This document shows positions 38,105-47,628 of a DNA stretch of 64,000 bases, in pieces (the first letter of the stretch is position 1; each line of letters begins with the position of its first letter). The DNA is taken from NCBI GenBank assembly GCA_965220855.1, contig CBDCQY010000001.1, positions 1,384,592 to 1,448,591 on the forward strand, in the 5' to 3' direction. The DNA comes from Alphaproteobacteria bacterium. GTDB lineage: Bacteria > Pseudomonadota > Alphaproteobacteria > Bin95. The notes beneath the pieces are model-generated. The model had not been told where the DNA came from. It saw only the letters and a program-made list of their open reading frames with translations, and did not search any database. A program made the translations under genes and the position numbers.

Positions 38105-39427
38105 ATGATGCCTTCCCGTCCCGGCCGCGTTCGGGCGGCCCTGTTCGTCGATTTCGACAATCTGTATCTCGGCCTCGAGGCCGCCGATGCGCGCGCCGCG
38201 AAATATTTCGCGGAGCAGCCGATGCGATGGATGAACTGGCTCGAACGCGGCTGCCACACCAACGCCGCCGGCAAGGATGGCCGCACGCGCCGCTCCGTGC
38301 TGCTGCGCAATTGCTATCTCGGTCCGGGCTCCGCCTCGCGCTTCCGCAACTTCCTCGCGCGCGGCGCCTTCTCGCTGGTCGATTGCCCGCCGCAGGAGGG
38401 CGCCGACAAGACCAACGTCCAGGTCCGGATGGCCATGGACATCATGGATGCGCTCGCCCATCCGACGCCCTTCGACGAATTCATCGTCCTGGCCCCGGAT
38501 GTCGATCTGCTGCCGCTGCTGCAGCGCCTGCGCGCCCACGACCGGCGCACGGCGGTGCTCGCCGGCGCGGCCGCCGCCCCGGCGCTCGCCGCCGCCTGCA
38601 CCTTCCTCGTCGATCAGGCGGTCTTCATCGAGACCGCGCTCGGCGACACGCCGCCCGCCCCGCCGCCGCCGCTCCACGCGGTGTCCGATGCGACGGCGAG
38701 GGCCTATGCGCCGCGGCCGTTCGCGCCGCGCCCCTTCATGCCGAGGCCGTCGCCGACCGGCGACTATGCGGTGCTGCCCGAGGTGGCGGCGGTGCTGCAT
38801 GAGTCGATCGAGCAGGACGGCCCGATACCTGCCGCCGAACTGCCGCATTTCTTCTTCCGGTTCGCGAACTTCCGCAACAGCGACTGGTTCGGATTCCGCT
38901 CGCTCCGTCGCCTCGCCGAGGCGCTGACGACCGTCGATCCGATGCTGGAATGCGGCGAGCCGGGCGAGGAGTGGCAGATGGCGCTCCGGGAAGAGCCGCT
39001 GGAGTCGGCGGCGGACGCGCCGTTGGACCCCGGGCGCGCAGGGGCCGGCGGCAGCGACGGCCTCGCGGCCCTGATCGCGACCATCCATCAGCTGCTGGGC
39101 GTGCCGGCGCTCGGCCCGGACGGCTTCGACCTGCTGTTCGAGCATATGGCGAAGCTCTTCGACGAAGGCGTCACCGACCGGGTCGTCATGTCGAGGATGC
39201 TGCGCGAGCGCGTCGGCGAGGAGGGCGTGTCGCTGGCGCTCGAGGCGGCGGAATTCGTCACCGCCGGCCTCTGGCAGTCGGGCTTCGACGCCGGTTCGGA
39301 CGCCTCCGACCCCGATGTCGTCGCCAAGGCCTTCCGCGACTATGTGGTGGTGCGCTGCGAGCAGGCGCGCCATCCGCTGAACGAGGAGGAGCTGGCGCTG
39401 GTGGACGAGTGGCTGGTCGGAGCCTGA
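38105..39427 (+). CDS. NYN (PIN-like nuclease) domain protein with C-terminal OST-HTH/LOTUS-like region (LabA-like)
   Basis: The N-terminus ALFVDFDNLYLG...LVDCPP...KTNVQVRMAMDIMDAL...FIVLAPDVDLLPLLQRLR fits NYN. Later FFFRFANFRNSDWFGFRSLRRLAEAL resembles OST-HTH. High GC3. Confidence 0.7.
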   Translation: MMPSRPGRVRAALFVDFDNLYLGLEAADARAAKYFAEQPMRWMNWLERGCHTNAAGKDGRTRRSVLLRNCYLGPGSASRFRNFLARGAFSLVDCPPQEGADKTNVQVRMAMDIMDALAHPTPFDEFIVLAPDVDLLPLLQRLRAHDRRTAVLAGAAAAPALAAACTFLVDQAVFIETALGDTPPAPPPPLHAVSDATARAYAPRPFAPRPFMPRPSPTGDYAVLPEVAAVLHESIEQDGPIPAAELPHFFFRFANFRNSDWFGFRSLRRLAEALTTVDPMLECGEPGEEWQMALREEPLESAADAPLDPGRAGAGGSDGLAALIATIHQLLGVPALGPDGFDLLFEHMAKLFDEGVTDRVVMSRMLRERVGEEGVSLALEAAEFVTAGLWQSGFDAGSDASDPDVVAKAFRDYVVVRCEQARHPLNEEELALVDEWLVGA

Positions 39428-39491
39428 CGGAACCCGACGCCCGCCCGTGCTATGCTGCGGCCCAACCGAGCCCCGATGAGGCGCCACCGTC

Positions 39492-40067
39492 ATGGCCGCA
39501 CAGAAGCAGGAAGGACCGGTTCGCATCCGCAAATATGCGAACCGGCGCCTCTATAACACCGGGACCAGCAGCTATGTCACGCTGGCGGACCTCGCCCAGC
39601 TGGTCCGCGACGGGGTGGAGTTCAGCGTCGAGGACGCCAAGACCGGCGAGGACCTGACGCGGGCGATCCTGACGCAGATCATCGTCGAGGAAGAACAGAA
39701 CGGCGCCAATCTGCTGCCCGTGTCGCTGCTGCGCAGCATCATCGCCATGTATCGCGACAACAATATGGGCTGGATGCTGCCGGCCTATCTCGAACAGTCG
39801 ATGGAGTGGTTCACGGCCAACCGGGACGCCATGCGCCGGGAGGCCGAGCGCGCCTACGGCTCCGGCCTGGCGTTCGACTCGCTGGACGAGATCGGCCGGC
39901 GCAACATGGCGGTCTTCCAGCAGGCCATGCAGATGTGGAACCCGTTCGGCGCCGCAAAGCCCGACTCCGCCGCAGAAGCCGAGGACGGCGAGCTGCAGGC
40001 GATGCGCGGCGAGATCGCGAAAATGCAGGAGCGGCTCGACGAACTGGCGCGCAAGCAGGGCGAATAG
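39492..40067 (+). CDS. phaR: polyhydroxyalkanoate synthesis repressor PhaR
   Basis: IRKYANRRLYNTGTSSYVTLADLAQLVRDGVEFSVEDAKTGEDLTRAILTQIIVEEE is a near-canonical PhaR N-terminus. Confidence 0.9.
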   Translation: MAAQKQEGPVRIRKYANRRLYNTGTSSYVTLADLAQLVRDGVEFSVEDAKTGEDLTRAILTQIIVEEEQNGANLLPVSLLRSIIAMYRDNNMGWMLPAYLEQSMEWFTANRDAMRREAERAYGSGLAFDSLDEIGRRNMAVFQQAMQMWNPFGAAKPDSAAEAEDGELQAMRGEIAKMQERLDELARKQGE

Positions 40068-40073
40068 GCCGCC

Positions 40074-41225
40074 TCAGGGGCCGCTATAGAGCCAGGCGAG
40101 CCCCTCGCGGATTTCCGTGCCGCCGGCCAGCAGTTCGTTGCGCAGCTCCCGGCGCACGCCTTCGGCATGGTAGAGCTCGCCCATCATCCGGGCCGTCAGC
40201 TGCACGCGCGCCGTGCGCAGATAGCGCGCCCTGGCGTAGCTCTCGAAGGCGCGTTCGACATCGCTGTCGGCGGCGAGCGCGTCGGCCAGCGTCACTGCGT
40301 CCTCCAGCGCCATGCAGGCGCCCTGGGCCAGATATTGCAGCATCGGATGCGCGGCGTCGCCCAAGAGGCAGAGCCGCCCGCGCGACCAGCGGGCAACCGG
40401 CTCGCGGTCGCAGAGCACCCACATGCGCCAGGTCTCGATCTTCTCCAGAAGCCCCATCTGCCGGTCCGAGACGCCGGCGAAGCGCGCCATCAGCTCCTCC
40501 GGGTCGCCCTCGCTGTCCCAGCCTTCCACATAGCGGTCGGAATGGAACACGGCGACGAGGTTGAACAGGGTTCCGCGCCGCAGCGGATAATGCACCAAAT
40601 GGTTGCGCGGGCCGGCCCAGAGCGCGGCGGCGTTCCAGCGCATCTCCTCCGGCGCCTCCGCCATCGGCAGCACGGCCCGGTAGGCGATATGGCCGGAGAC
40701 GATGGGCGGCCCGTCGCCGACCACCTCGGCGCGGACCCGCGACCAGAGGCCGTCCGCGCCGATCAGGAAGGCGCCCTCGCGCCGGCCGCCATCGCCGAGC
40801 GCCGCGCGCACCCGCCCGCCAAGGTCTTCCAGGCCGACGACCTGCGCATCGGTCTCCAGCGTCACCTGCTCCGAGGCCTGGCACGCCTCCAGCAGCGCGC
40901 GATGCAGGTCGGCCCGGTGCGTCACCGCATAGGGGGCGCGGAAGCGGGCGCGGAACGCCTCGCCCAGATCGGCGGTGACGACGGTCTCGCCCGAGAGCGC
41001 GTCCATCATCACCAGCCGCTCGACGAACACGGCCTCGCGCGCCACCGCCTCGCGCACGCCCAGCCGGTCGAACATGCGGAACGCATTGGGGCCGAGCTGG
41101 ATGCCGGCGCCGATCTCGCCGAAGGCCGGCGCCTGCTCCAGCACATGCGACGCCATGCCCCGGCGCGCCAGCGCCAGCGCCGCCGCCAGGCCGCCGAGGC
41201 CGCCGCCGACGATCAGCGCCGTCAC
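40074..41225 (-). CDS. FAD-dependent monooxygenase (salicylate / 3-hydroxybenzoate hydroxylase-like)
   Basis: IVGGGLGGLAAALALARRG (GxGxxG), GADGLWSRVR and GDAAHPMLQYLAQGACMALED. Confidence 0.85.
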   Translation of the reverse strand: MTALIVGGGLGGLAAALALARRGMASHVLEQAPAFGEIGAGIQLGPNAFRMFDRLGVREAVAREAVFVERLVMMDALSGETVVTADLGEAFRARFRAPYAVTHRADLHRALLEACQASEQVTLETDAQVVGLEDLGGRVRAALGDGGRREGAFLIGADGLWSRVRAEVVGDGPPIVSGHIAYRAVLPMAEAPEEMRWNAAALWAGPRNHLVHYPLRRGTLFNLVAVFHSDRYVEGWDSEGDPEELMARFAGVSDRQMGLLEKIETWRMWVLCDREPVARWSRGRLCLLGDAAHPMLQYLAQGACMALEDAVTLADALAADSDVERAFESYARARYLRTARVQLTARMMGELYHAEGVRRELRNELLAGGTEIREGLAWLYSGP

Positions 41226-41283
41226 GGCCGCGCCGCCCGGCGCATGGAACGGTCGGTGACGAACATGGCGGCGCCGACACGCG

Positions 41284-42222
41284 TCACGGGATGAGCCGCT
41301 TCTCGAGCATGGCGTGCACGCCCTGCTGCTGGTTGACGATCTGGGTGATCCGGAGGTCGCAGGCGAGGCTGCACAGCATATAGGCGTCCTCGCGCGAGAG
41401 GTTGGAGCGCTGGCGGATGAAATCGATCGTCCGCCGCAGCGCGATGCGCGCCGCCCGGTCGAGCGAGGCGTCGAAGGCGAATTGCAGCCAATGGTCGGCG
41501 GTCTCGGCCATCGGCGCCTCCAGGGGCGGCAGGTCGCGGCGCAGCGTCAGCCGGAAGCGGCCGGTGAGCGCGGTCTCGATGGCGGTCAGGCAGACCTCGC
41601 CGTCGCCTTGCGCGGCATGGCCGTCGCCGCAGGAAAACAGCGCGCCGGGCGCGAACACCGGCAGATAGAGGGTGCTGCCGGCGGTCAGCTCCTTGCAGTC
41701 GATATTGCCGCCGAAGGCGCGCGGCTGGATGCTGCTGAGCACGCCCCAGGCCGCCGGCGGCGCGGTGCCCATGACGCCGAAGAACGGCCGGCAGGCGAGC
41801 CGCTCGCCCCAGGGCAGCAGGGCCTCGCCGGCCTCGCGGTCGAGCGGGATCGCGGTCATGCGCCCCTCGGGGAAGTCGTCCGGCAGCGCCCCGCCCAGCG
41901 GCCGGATCGCGTTCCAGCCCCAGTCGGTGCCGAGCCGCACATCCAGGATCTCGATCTGGAGCGCATCGCCGGGGGCCGCGCCCGCCACCGCCACCGGCCC
42001 GGTCAGGATATGCCCGGAGCCGAGCGGGCGGGGCGTTTCGGCATGGATGCGGCGGAGCGCCTCGGGAATCTCGAAACCGGGACCGGGCAGGGCGTCGGGC
42101 CCGCCGGAGACGGTCTCGACCTCGACCACAGCCCCGCTCTCCACGGTCAGCGCCGGCGTCAGCCCGGCGTCGAAAAAGCCCCAATGCGCGCTCTCGGGGC
42201 CGGCGGCGAGCTTGTGCGTCAC
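41284..42222 (-). CDS. acetamidase/formamidase (FmdA/AmdA) family protein
   Basis: Family-typical length and the GGNIDCKELTAGSTLYLPV block. Confidence 0.8.
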   Translation of the reverse strand: MTHKLAAGPESAHWGFFDAGLTPALTVESGAVVEVETVSGGPDALPGPGFEIPEALRRIHAETPRPLGSGHILTGPVAVAGAAPGDALQIEILDVRLGTDWGWNAIRPLGGALPDDFPEGRMTAIPLDREAGEALLPWGERLACRPFFGVMGTAPPAAWGVLSSIQPRAFGGNIDCKELTAGSTLYLPVFAPGALFSCGDGHAAQGDGEVCLTAIETALTGRFRLTLRRDLPPLEAPMAETADHWLQFAFDASLDRAARIALRRTIDFIRQRSNLSREDAYMLCSLACDLRITQIVNQQQGVHAMLEKRLIP

Positions 42223-43391
42223 GGGCGGGCCGCTCCCATGGCGGCGCGCAAGGGGCGCGCGAAGGCGCGAATGTCGCGGATCAGCAGTTCGGGTTCCTCC
42301 AGGGCGGCGAAATGGCCGCCGCGCGGCATCTCGGTCCAGTGCGTGACATTATAGACGCGCTCGACATAGCTGCGGGGCGGCCAGGCCAGCAGCTCCCTCG
42401 GGAACAGCGCGCAGCCCGTGGGCGTCTCCACCCGGCCGCCCTCGGGCGAGAGCACGCGCCCGCCTTCCTCGCGCCTGCCGTAATAGATCCAGCTGGCGGT
42501 GTTGAAGGTGCGCGTCACCAGATAGACCATAATGTTGGTCAACAAGAGATCCTTGCTGTAGGCGCTTTCCACATCGTCGCCCGCAATATCGGACCACTGC
42601 TTGAACTTCTCCACGATCCAGGCGGCCGCGCCGACGGGGCTGTCCATCATGGCGTAGCTCAGCGTCTGCGGTCGGGTCGCCTGCTGGATGCGATAGCCTT
42701 CCTCCAGCGCCTGCTCCTCGGCGAAGCGCCGGGCCCAGGCCTCCTCCTCCGGCCCCTTCGGGCCGTCCGGGGCGCGCATGGTCATGATGTTGAGGTGAAT
42801 GCCGGCGCAGGCGGGCCCGTGCTCATAGCCGAGCCAGGAGGAGATCGCCCCGCCCCAGTCGCCGCCCTGGGCGATGTAGCGCTCATAGCCGAGCGCCTCG
42901 GTCATCAGCCGGGCGAACATGGCCGCCATGCGGCGCGGACCGATGGGCCGGCCGGGCTTGCCGGAGAAGCCGAAGCCGGGCAGCGAAGGCGCCACGATAT
43001 CGAAGGCGTCCCCGGCGTCGCCGCCGAAGCGTTCGGGGTGCGCCAGCGGCTCGATAATGTCGAGAAACTCCACCACCGATCCGGGCCAGCCGTGAGAGAT
43101 AATGAGCGGCAGCGGCGCCGGACCGCTGCCCTTCTCGTGGATGAAGTGGATATCGACGCCGTCCACCGGCGCCGTGAACTGGTCGAAGCGGTTGATCGCC
43201 GCTTCCTGCCGGCGCCAGTCGAATCCCTCCAGCCAGTAGGCGCACAGCTCCTTCATATAGTCGAGATTGGCGCCGTAGGCCCAGCCGCCATCCTCCGGCA
43301 TCTCATGCCAGTCATACCCGGCCACCCGCCGGGCGATCGCGGCGAGGGTCCGCTCGGGAATGTCGATGCGAAACGGGCGGATCGGGATCAT
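42219..43391 (-). CDS. epoxide hydrolase (microsomal-type, N-terminal EHN domain + alpha/beta hydrolase)
   Basis: RPFRIDIPERTLAAIARRV is EHN. HGWPGS is the HGXP oxyanion motif. Core GGDWG. Confidence 0.85.
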   Translation of the reverse strand: MIPIRPFRIDIPERTLAAIARRVAGYDWHEMPEDGGWAYGANLDYMKELCAYWLEGFDWRRQEAAINRFDQFTAPVDGVDIHFIHEKGSGPAPLPLIISHGWPGSVVEFLDIIEPLAHPERFGGDAGDAFDIVAPSLPGFGFSGKPGRPIGPRRMAAMFARLMTEALGYERYIAQGGDWGGAISSWLGYEHGPACAGIHLNIMTMRAPDGPKGPEEEAWARRFAEEQALEEGYRIQQATRPQTLSYAMMDSPVGAAAWIVEKFKQWSDIAGDDVESAYSKDLLLTNIMVYLVTRTFNTASWIYYGRREEGGRVLSPEGGRVETPTGCALFPRELLAWPPRSYVERVYNVTHWTEMPRGGHFAALEEPELLIRDIRAFARPLRAAMGAARP

Positions 43392-43444
43392 GGGGCGACC
43401 TTAGCACGGCCGCTTGCCGGTAGCGGCCGGCCGGACCATGCGGT

Positions 43445-45571
43445 ATGACTGGCGGCATGAATGCAGACGAAGAGCAGTCGGGGGCCAGCCGGGCCCGCTG
43501 GCGCATCGGTGTGGATATTGGCGGCACCTTTACCGATATCGTCTGCCTTCGCGACGACGGGGCGCTGTTGACGCGCAAGGTGTCGTCCTCGACCGACGAT
43601 TACGCCCGCGCGATCACGCGCGCGCTCGCGGCGATGATCGCGGAGACGGCGCTCGAGGCCGCGCGCGTCGGCGAGCTGCGCCACGGCACCACCATCGCCT
43701 CCAACGCCATCCTCGAAGGCAAGGGCGCGCGCACCGGGCTGATCGCGACCGAAGGCTTCCGCGACATCCTGGAAATCCGCAATCTGCGCATGCCGCGCCT
43801 TTACGACATGGCCTGGCGGAAGCCGCCGCCGCTGGTCCCGCGCTATCTGCGCCGCACCGTCGCCGAGCGCATGACGCATGAGGGGCGCGTCCAGACGCCG
43901 CTCGACCCGCAGGAGGCGGAGGCGGCAATCCGCTTCCTGCTGGCCGAGGGCGTCGAGGCGATCGCCGTCGCGCTGCTGCACAGCTACGCCAATCCCGAGC
44001 ATGAGGCGCGCATCGCCGAGACGGTCGAACGCCTCGCCCCCGGCGTCGAGACCAGCATCAGCCACCGCGTGCTGCCCGAGGCGAAGGAATATGAGCGCAC
44101 CTCCACCACGGTGGTGAACGCCTATCTGAAGCCGGTGGTCTCGCGCTATCTGGGCGCGCTGGAGCGGGGGCTCGAGGAGACCGGACTCTCCGCGCCGCTG
44201 CTGCTGATGCAGTCCAGCGGCGGGCTGATGCCGGCGGCGGCGGCGCGGCGGCTGCCGATGCATATCGTCGAGTCCGGCCCCGCCGGCGGGGTGATCGGCG
44301 CGCAGGCGCTCGCGCGCCTGGCCGGCCTCGACAATATCCTGACCTTCGACATGGGCGGCACCACCGCCAAGGCCTCCATCGTCGAGCGCGGCGCGGTCAC
44401 GCGCGCGCTGGAGTTCAGCGTCGGCGGCGGCGTGATCGCCGGCTCGCGGCTGATGACCGGTGCCGGCTACATCGTCAAGACGCCGGCCATCGACCTCGCC
44501 GAGGTGGGCGCCGGCGGCGGCTCGCTCCTGCGCCTCGATCCGGCCGGCGCGCTGCAGGTCGGGCCGGAAAGCGCCGGGGCCGATCCGGGCCCGATCTGCT
44601 ACGGGGCGGGCGGCGTCGAGCCGACGCTCACCGACGCCAATCTGCTGCTGGGCTATCTCAACCCCGACCATCTGGTCGGCGGCGCGCTCAGGCTCGACTA
44701 CGCCGCCGCCGAAGCGGCCTTCGCGGAGAAGATCGCCCGGCCCATGGGCCTCTCGGTCGAGGAGGCGGCGCTCGGCGCGCACCGCATCGCCGCCTCCAAC
44801 ATGATCCGCGCCATCCGCGCCGTCTCCTCCGAGCGCGGGCGCGACCCGCGCGACTATGCGCTGTTCGCCTTCGGCGGCAACGGGCCGCTGTTCGCCGCCG
44901 GCATGGCGAAGGCGCTGGGCGTCGCCCGCGTGCTGGCGCCGCCCTCGCCGGGGCTGTTCTCCTCCTTCGGCCTGCTCTACGCCGAGGTCGAGCATCATTA
45001 TTCGCGCGCCTGCCGCTGCATCCTGCGCGATGCGGACCCGGCGGAGCTGGAGGCCGTCTGGGCCGGGCTCGAGGCGGAGGCCGAGGCGCAGCTCGCGGCC
45101 GGCGGCGTGCCGGCGGAGAGCCGCGCGCTCTCCCGCAGCGCGCTGCTGCACTATCACGGCCAGATCTTCGAGCTCCAGGTCGATGCGCCGCCGGGGCCGA
45201 TCGACGCCGCCTGGATCCGGGCGCTGGAAGAGGCCTTCGGCGTCGAGCATGAGCTGAGCTACGGCCACCGCGCGGGGCCGGAGGAGCCGGTGGAGCTGAT
45301 GACCGCGCAGCTGGTGGGGCGCGGCCTGGCGCCGCGCCGCCCGGAGCCGCAGCGCCCGCCGCCGCCCGCCGCAGCGCCCCGCACCCGGCGCGCCTGGTTC
45401 GGGCGCGAGGAGGGCTGGCGCGAGGCGGCCGTGCTGGAGCGCGGCCATCTCGGACCGCAGCCCGTCCCCGGCCCCGTCATCGTCGAGGAATATGACGCGA
45501 CCTGCCTGGCCCCGCCCGGCGCCGCGATGCGGCTCGACGATTATGGCAATATCGTCATCGAGATCGCCTGA
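43445..45571 (+). CDS. hydantoinase/oxoprolinase family protein, A subunit (HyuA-like)
   Basis: IGVDIGGTFTD N-terminus, 708 aa. No HyuB partner is adjacent. Confidence 0.85.
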   Translation: MTGGMNADEEQSGASRARWRIGVDIGGTFTDIVCLRDDGALLTRKVSSSTDDYARAITRALAAMIAETALEAARVGELRHGTTIASNAILEGKGARTGLIATEGFRDILEIRNLRMPRLYDMAWRKPPPLVPRYLRRTVAERMTHEGRVQTPLDPQEAEAAIRFLLAEGVEAIAVALLHSYANPEHEARIAETVERLAPGVETSISHRVLPEAKEYERTSTTVVNAYLKPVVSRYLGALERGLEETGLSAPLLLMQSSGGLMPAAAARRLPMHIVESGPAGGVIGAQALARLAGLDNILTFDMGGTTAKASIVERGAVTRALEFSVGGGVIAGSRLMTGAGYIVKTPAIDLAEVGAGGGSLLRLDPAGALQVGPESAGADPGPICYGAGGVEPTLTDANLLLGYLNPDHLVGGALRLDYAAAEAAFAEKIARPMGLSVEEAALGAHRIAASNMIRAIRAVSSERGRDPRDYALFAFGGNGPLFAAGMAKALGVARVLAPPSPGLFSSFGLLYAEVEHHYSRACRCILRDADPAELEAVWAGLEAEAEAQLAAGGVPAESRALSRSALLHYHGQIFELQVDAPPGPIDAAWIRALEEAFGVEHELSYGHRAGPEEPVELMTAQLVGRGLAPRRPEPQRPPPPAAAPRTRRAWFGREEGWREAAVLERGHLGPQPVPGPVIVEEYDATCLAPPGAAMRLDDYGNIVIEIA

Positions 45572-45606
45572 TCCGAGAAACCCCAGGGACAGGAGCACGC
45601 TTCCCC

Positions 45607-46161
45607 ATGGCCCGCATCGATTACGCCGGCAAGGCGGACCTGCCGCCCCGCCTCCACGAGCTGTTCGACGACGCCGCGGCCTATGGGCCGTTCGGCAGCC
45701 TGGTCGGCGCGCTCGGCCGCCGCCCGGTCATCCTGGAGCATATGTTCGGACTGCTGACGGCGCTGCGGCGCGAGGCGGTGGTGCCGCGCCGGGCGCTCGA
45801 ACTGGCCCTGGTCGCCGTCTCGCAGAAGAACGCCTGCGACTATTGCGTGGCGCATCACGGACCGATGCTGACCGTCGAGGGCGTGAGCCCGGCCGGCGTC
45901 GCCACCCTGCTCGACGACCCGGAGAACCATCCCGAGCTCGACGAGGCGGATCGCCTGGTGATCGACTACGCTTTGCAGGTCACCGAGCGCGCCGGGCGGA
46001 TTCGCGACGGCGTCTTCGAGCGCCTGAAGGCGCATTTCAGCGAGGAGCAGATCGTGGAGCTGACCTGGCGGATCGCGCTTTGCGGGGCCTTCAACCGCTT
46101 CAACGACGCGCTGCAGCTCGATCTCGAGGACGACGCGAAGGCGCTGCTCGACGCCGCCTGA
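45607..46161 (+). CDS. carboxymuconolactone decarboxylase / AhpD-like family protein
   Basis: CDYCVAHH CxxH motif, 184 aa. Confidence 0.8.
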   Translation: MARIDYAGKADLPPRLHELFDDAAAYGPFGSLVGALGRRPVILEHMFGLLTALRREAVVPRRALELALVAVSQKNACDYCVAHHGPMLTVEGVSPAGVATLLDDPENHPELDEADRLVIDYALQVTERAGRIRDGVFERLKAHFSEEQIVELTWRIALCGAFNRFNDALQLDLEDDAKALLDAA

Positions 46162-46221
46162 CGCCGCGCCCGGTTCTTCGCGGGCGGCGACCCGCCGGAC
46201 TCCGTCCGCGGACCGACCGGG

Positions 46222-47628
46222 TCAGCGCTGCGAGGGCTCGACCAGGCCCAGCATCAGCGCCTTGCCGGTCAGGCGTTCGATGTCCAGCAGATGGGCCGCG
46301 AGCGAGCGGGCGGCGGCCGCGCCCAGCACCGGGCCGGCATTGTCGTCGAATTTGGCGGCGATCTCGGCGTTGGAGAGCGCGCGCTCGCCGGCGCCGCGAT
46401 TGACCGGCTCGTGCGCGCAGACCCTTCGCCCGTCCAGGGTCTCGACCTCGACGCCGGCGGAGAAATAGCGCGGGAAGAGCGAGTCGGGGTCCGGGCGGCA
46501 ATGCGTGCGGGCGGCGAGCGCCAGCACGGCCGGGTCGCGGAGCGCTTCCGGCTCCAGCTCCGCCAGGCCGAGCCGCCCGAGCGCCAGCCCGCAGGCCGCC
46601 GCCCAGGGGGCGCTGAAGCGCGCGGCGTAGCCGTCCGGCGGCCGGCGCTTCAGCGCCTCCGGCTCCATCAGCGGCGGAATCAGATCCTCATGCACCCGCA
46701 CGGTGACGGATGCGATTTGCTCCGGGCGGAGTTCGTGCTCGTCGCGCAGCCGGATGGCGCTGTCGATGATGGCGTGGGTGTAGTGGCAGGTCGGGAAGGG
46801 CTTGACCGCGCTTTCCAGCAGCTCCCAGCGTTCGCCCAGCCCATCCGCGAGGCGGGTGAAGTCCACCGCCTCGGCGTCGGCCCCCAGATGCATGCGGAAG
46901 AGGCCGTAGCGCCCGTCATAGGGACGCTCGCAGCCCTTGAAGCCCGCGCCCGCGAGGCCGGCGGCGGTGATGCCGGCCGCCGCCGCCCAGCCCGGATGGA
47001 AGCGCTTGTTCCAGGCGCCGTCGGACCAGAACTCGCGGCTCGCCGTGGCGGTGGAGACGCACACGCCCTGCGCGGCGTGGAGGCCCTCCGCATCCAGCCC
47101 CATCAGCCGCCCGGCGGCGAGCGCGGAGGAGAAATGGCCCGCAACGCCGGTGGCGTGATAGCCATGGCGGTGAAAGCCGTAGTCCGCAGCCAGCCCGATG
47201 CGCGCGGCGGCCTCCATGGCGGCGATATAGGCGGTCAGGATCTCATGGCCCGGCAGGTCGCGCGCCTCGCCGATCGCCAGCGCCGCCGGCAGCGACACCG
47301 CCGTGCCGTGCACCACCGCGCCCGGATGGGTGTCGTCGAAGTCGAGACCGTGGACGAGCGCGGCGTTGAGCGCCGCCGCATCGCGGAGCGCCAGGCGCGC
47401 GCCCATGGCGATGACGCCCGCCTCGCCCGTCTCGCCGACCGCCCGGAAGCCGGCCAGCATGACCTCGGCGAAGTCCTGCCGGCTGGAGGCGACCGCGACG
47501 CCGATGGCGTCGAGCAGCAGGTAGCGGGCGCGCTCGCGCACAGGCCCCGGCGCATCCCCGGCGCCGAGGCCGGCCGCGAAGGCCGCGAGCCGCGCCGCCG
47601 GATTGTCGGTCTCGCACTCAGTCGCCAT
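46222..47628 (-). CDS. MmgE/PrpD (2-methylcitrate dehydratase-like) family protein
   Basis: 468 aa with family-typical blocks (HGLDFDDTHPGAVVHGTA). Confidence 0.85.
   Translation of the reverse strand: MATECETDNPAARLAAFAAGLGAGDAPGPVRERARYLLLDAIGVAVASSRQDFAEVMLAGFRAVGETGEAGVIAMGARLALRDAAALNAALVHGLDFDDTHPGAVVHGTAVSLPAALAIGEARDLPGHEILTAYIAAMEAAARIGLAADYGFHRHGYHATGVAGHFSSALAAGRLMGLDAEGLHAAQGVCVSTATASREFWSDGAWNKRFHPGWAAAAGITAAGLAGAGFKGCERPYDGRYGLFRMHLGADAEAVDFTRLADGLGERWELLESAVKPFPTCHYTHAIIDSAIRLRDEHELRPEQIASVTVRVHEDLIPPLMEPEALKRRPPDGYAARFSAPWAAACGLALGRLGLAELEPEALRDPAVLALAARTHCRPDPDSLFPRYFSAGVEVETLDGRRVCAHEPVNRGAGERALSNAEIAAKFDDNAGPVLGAAAARSLAAHLLDIERLTGKALMLGLVEPSQR

Noticed and set aside
38054-39532. 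492-aa minus-strand ORF
   Set aside because: Antisense to the NYN-domain gene, whose N-terminal motif block is convincing.
43388-45598. 736-aa minus-strand ORF
   Set aside because: Antisense to hydantoinase A.
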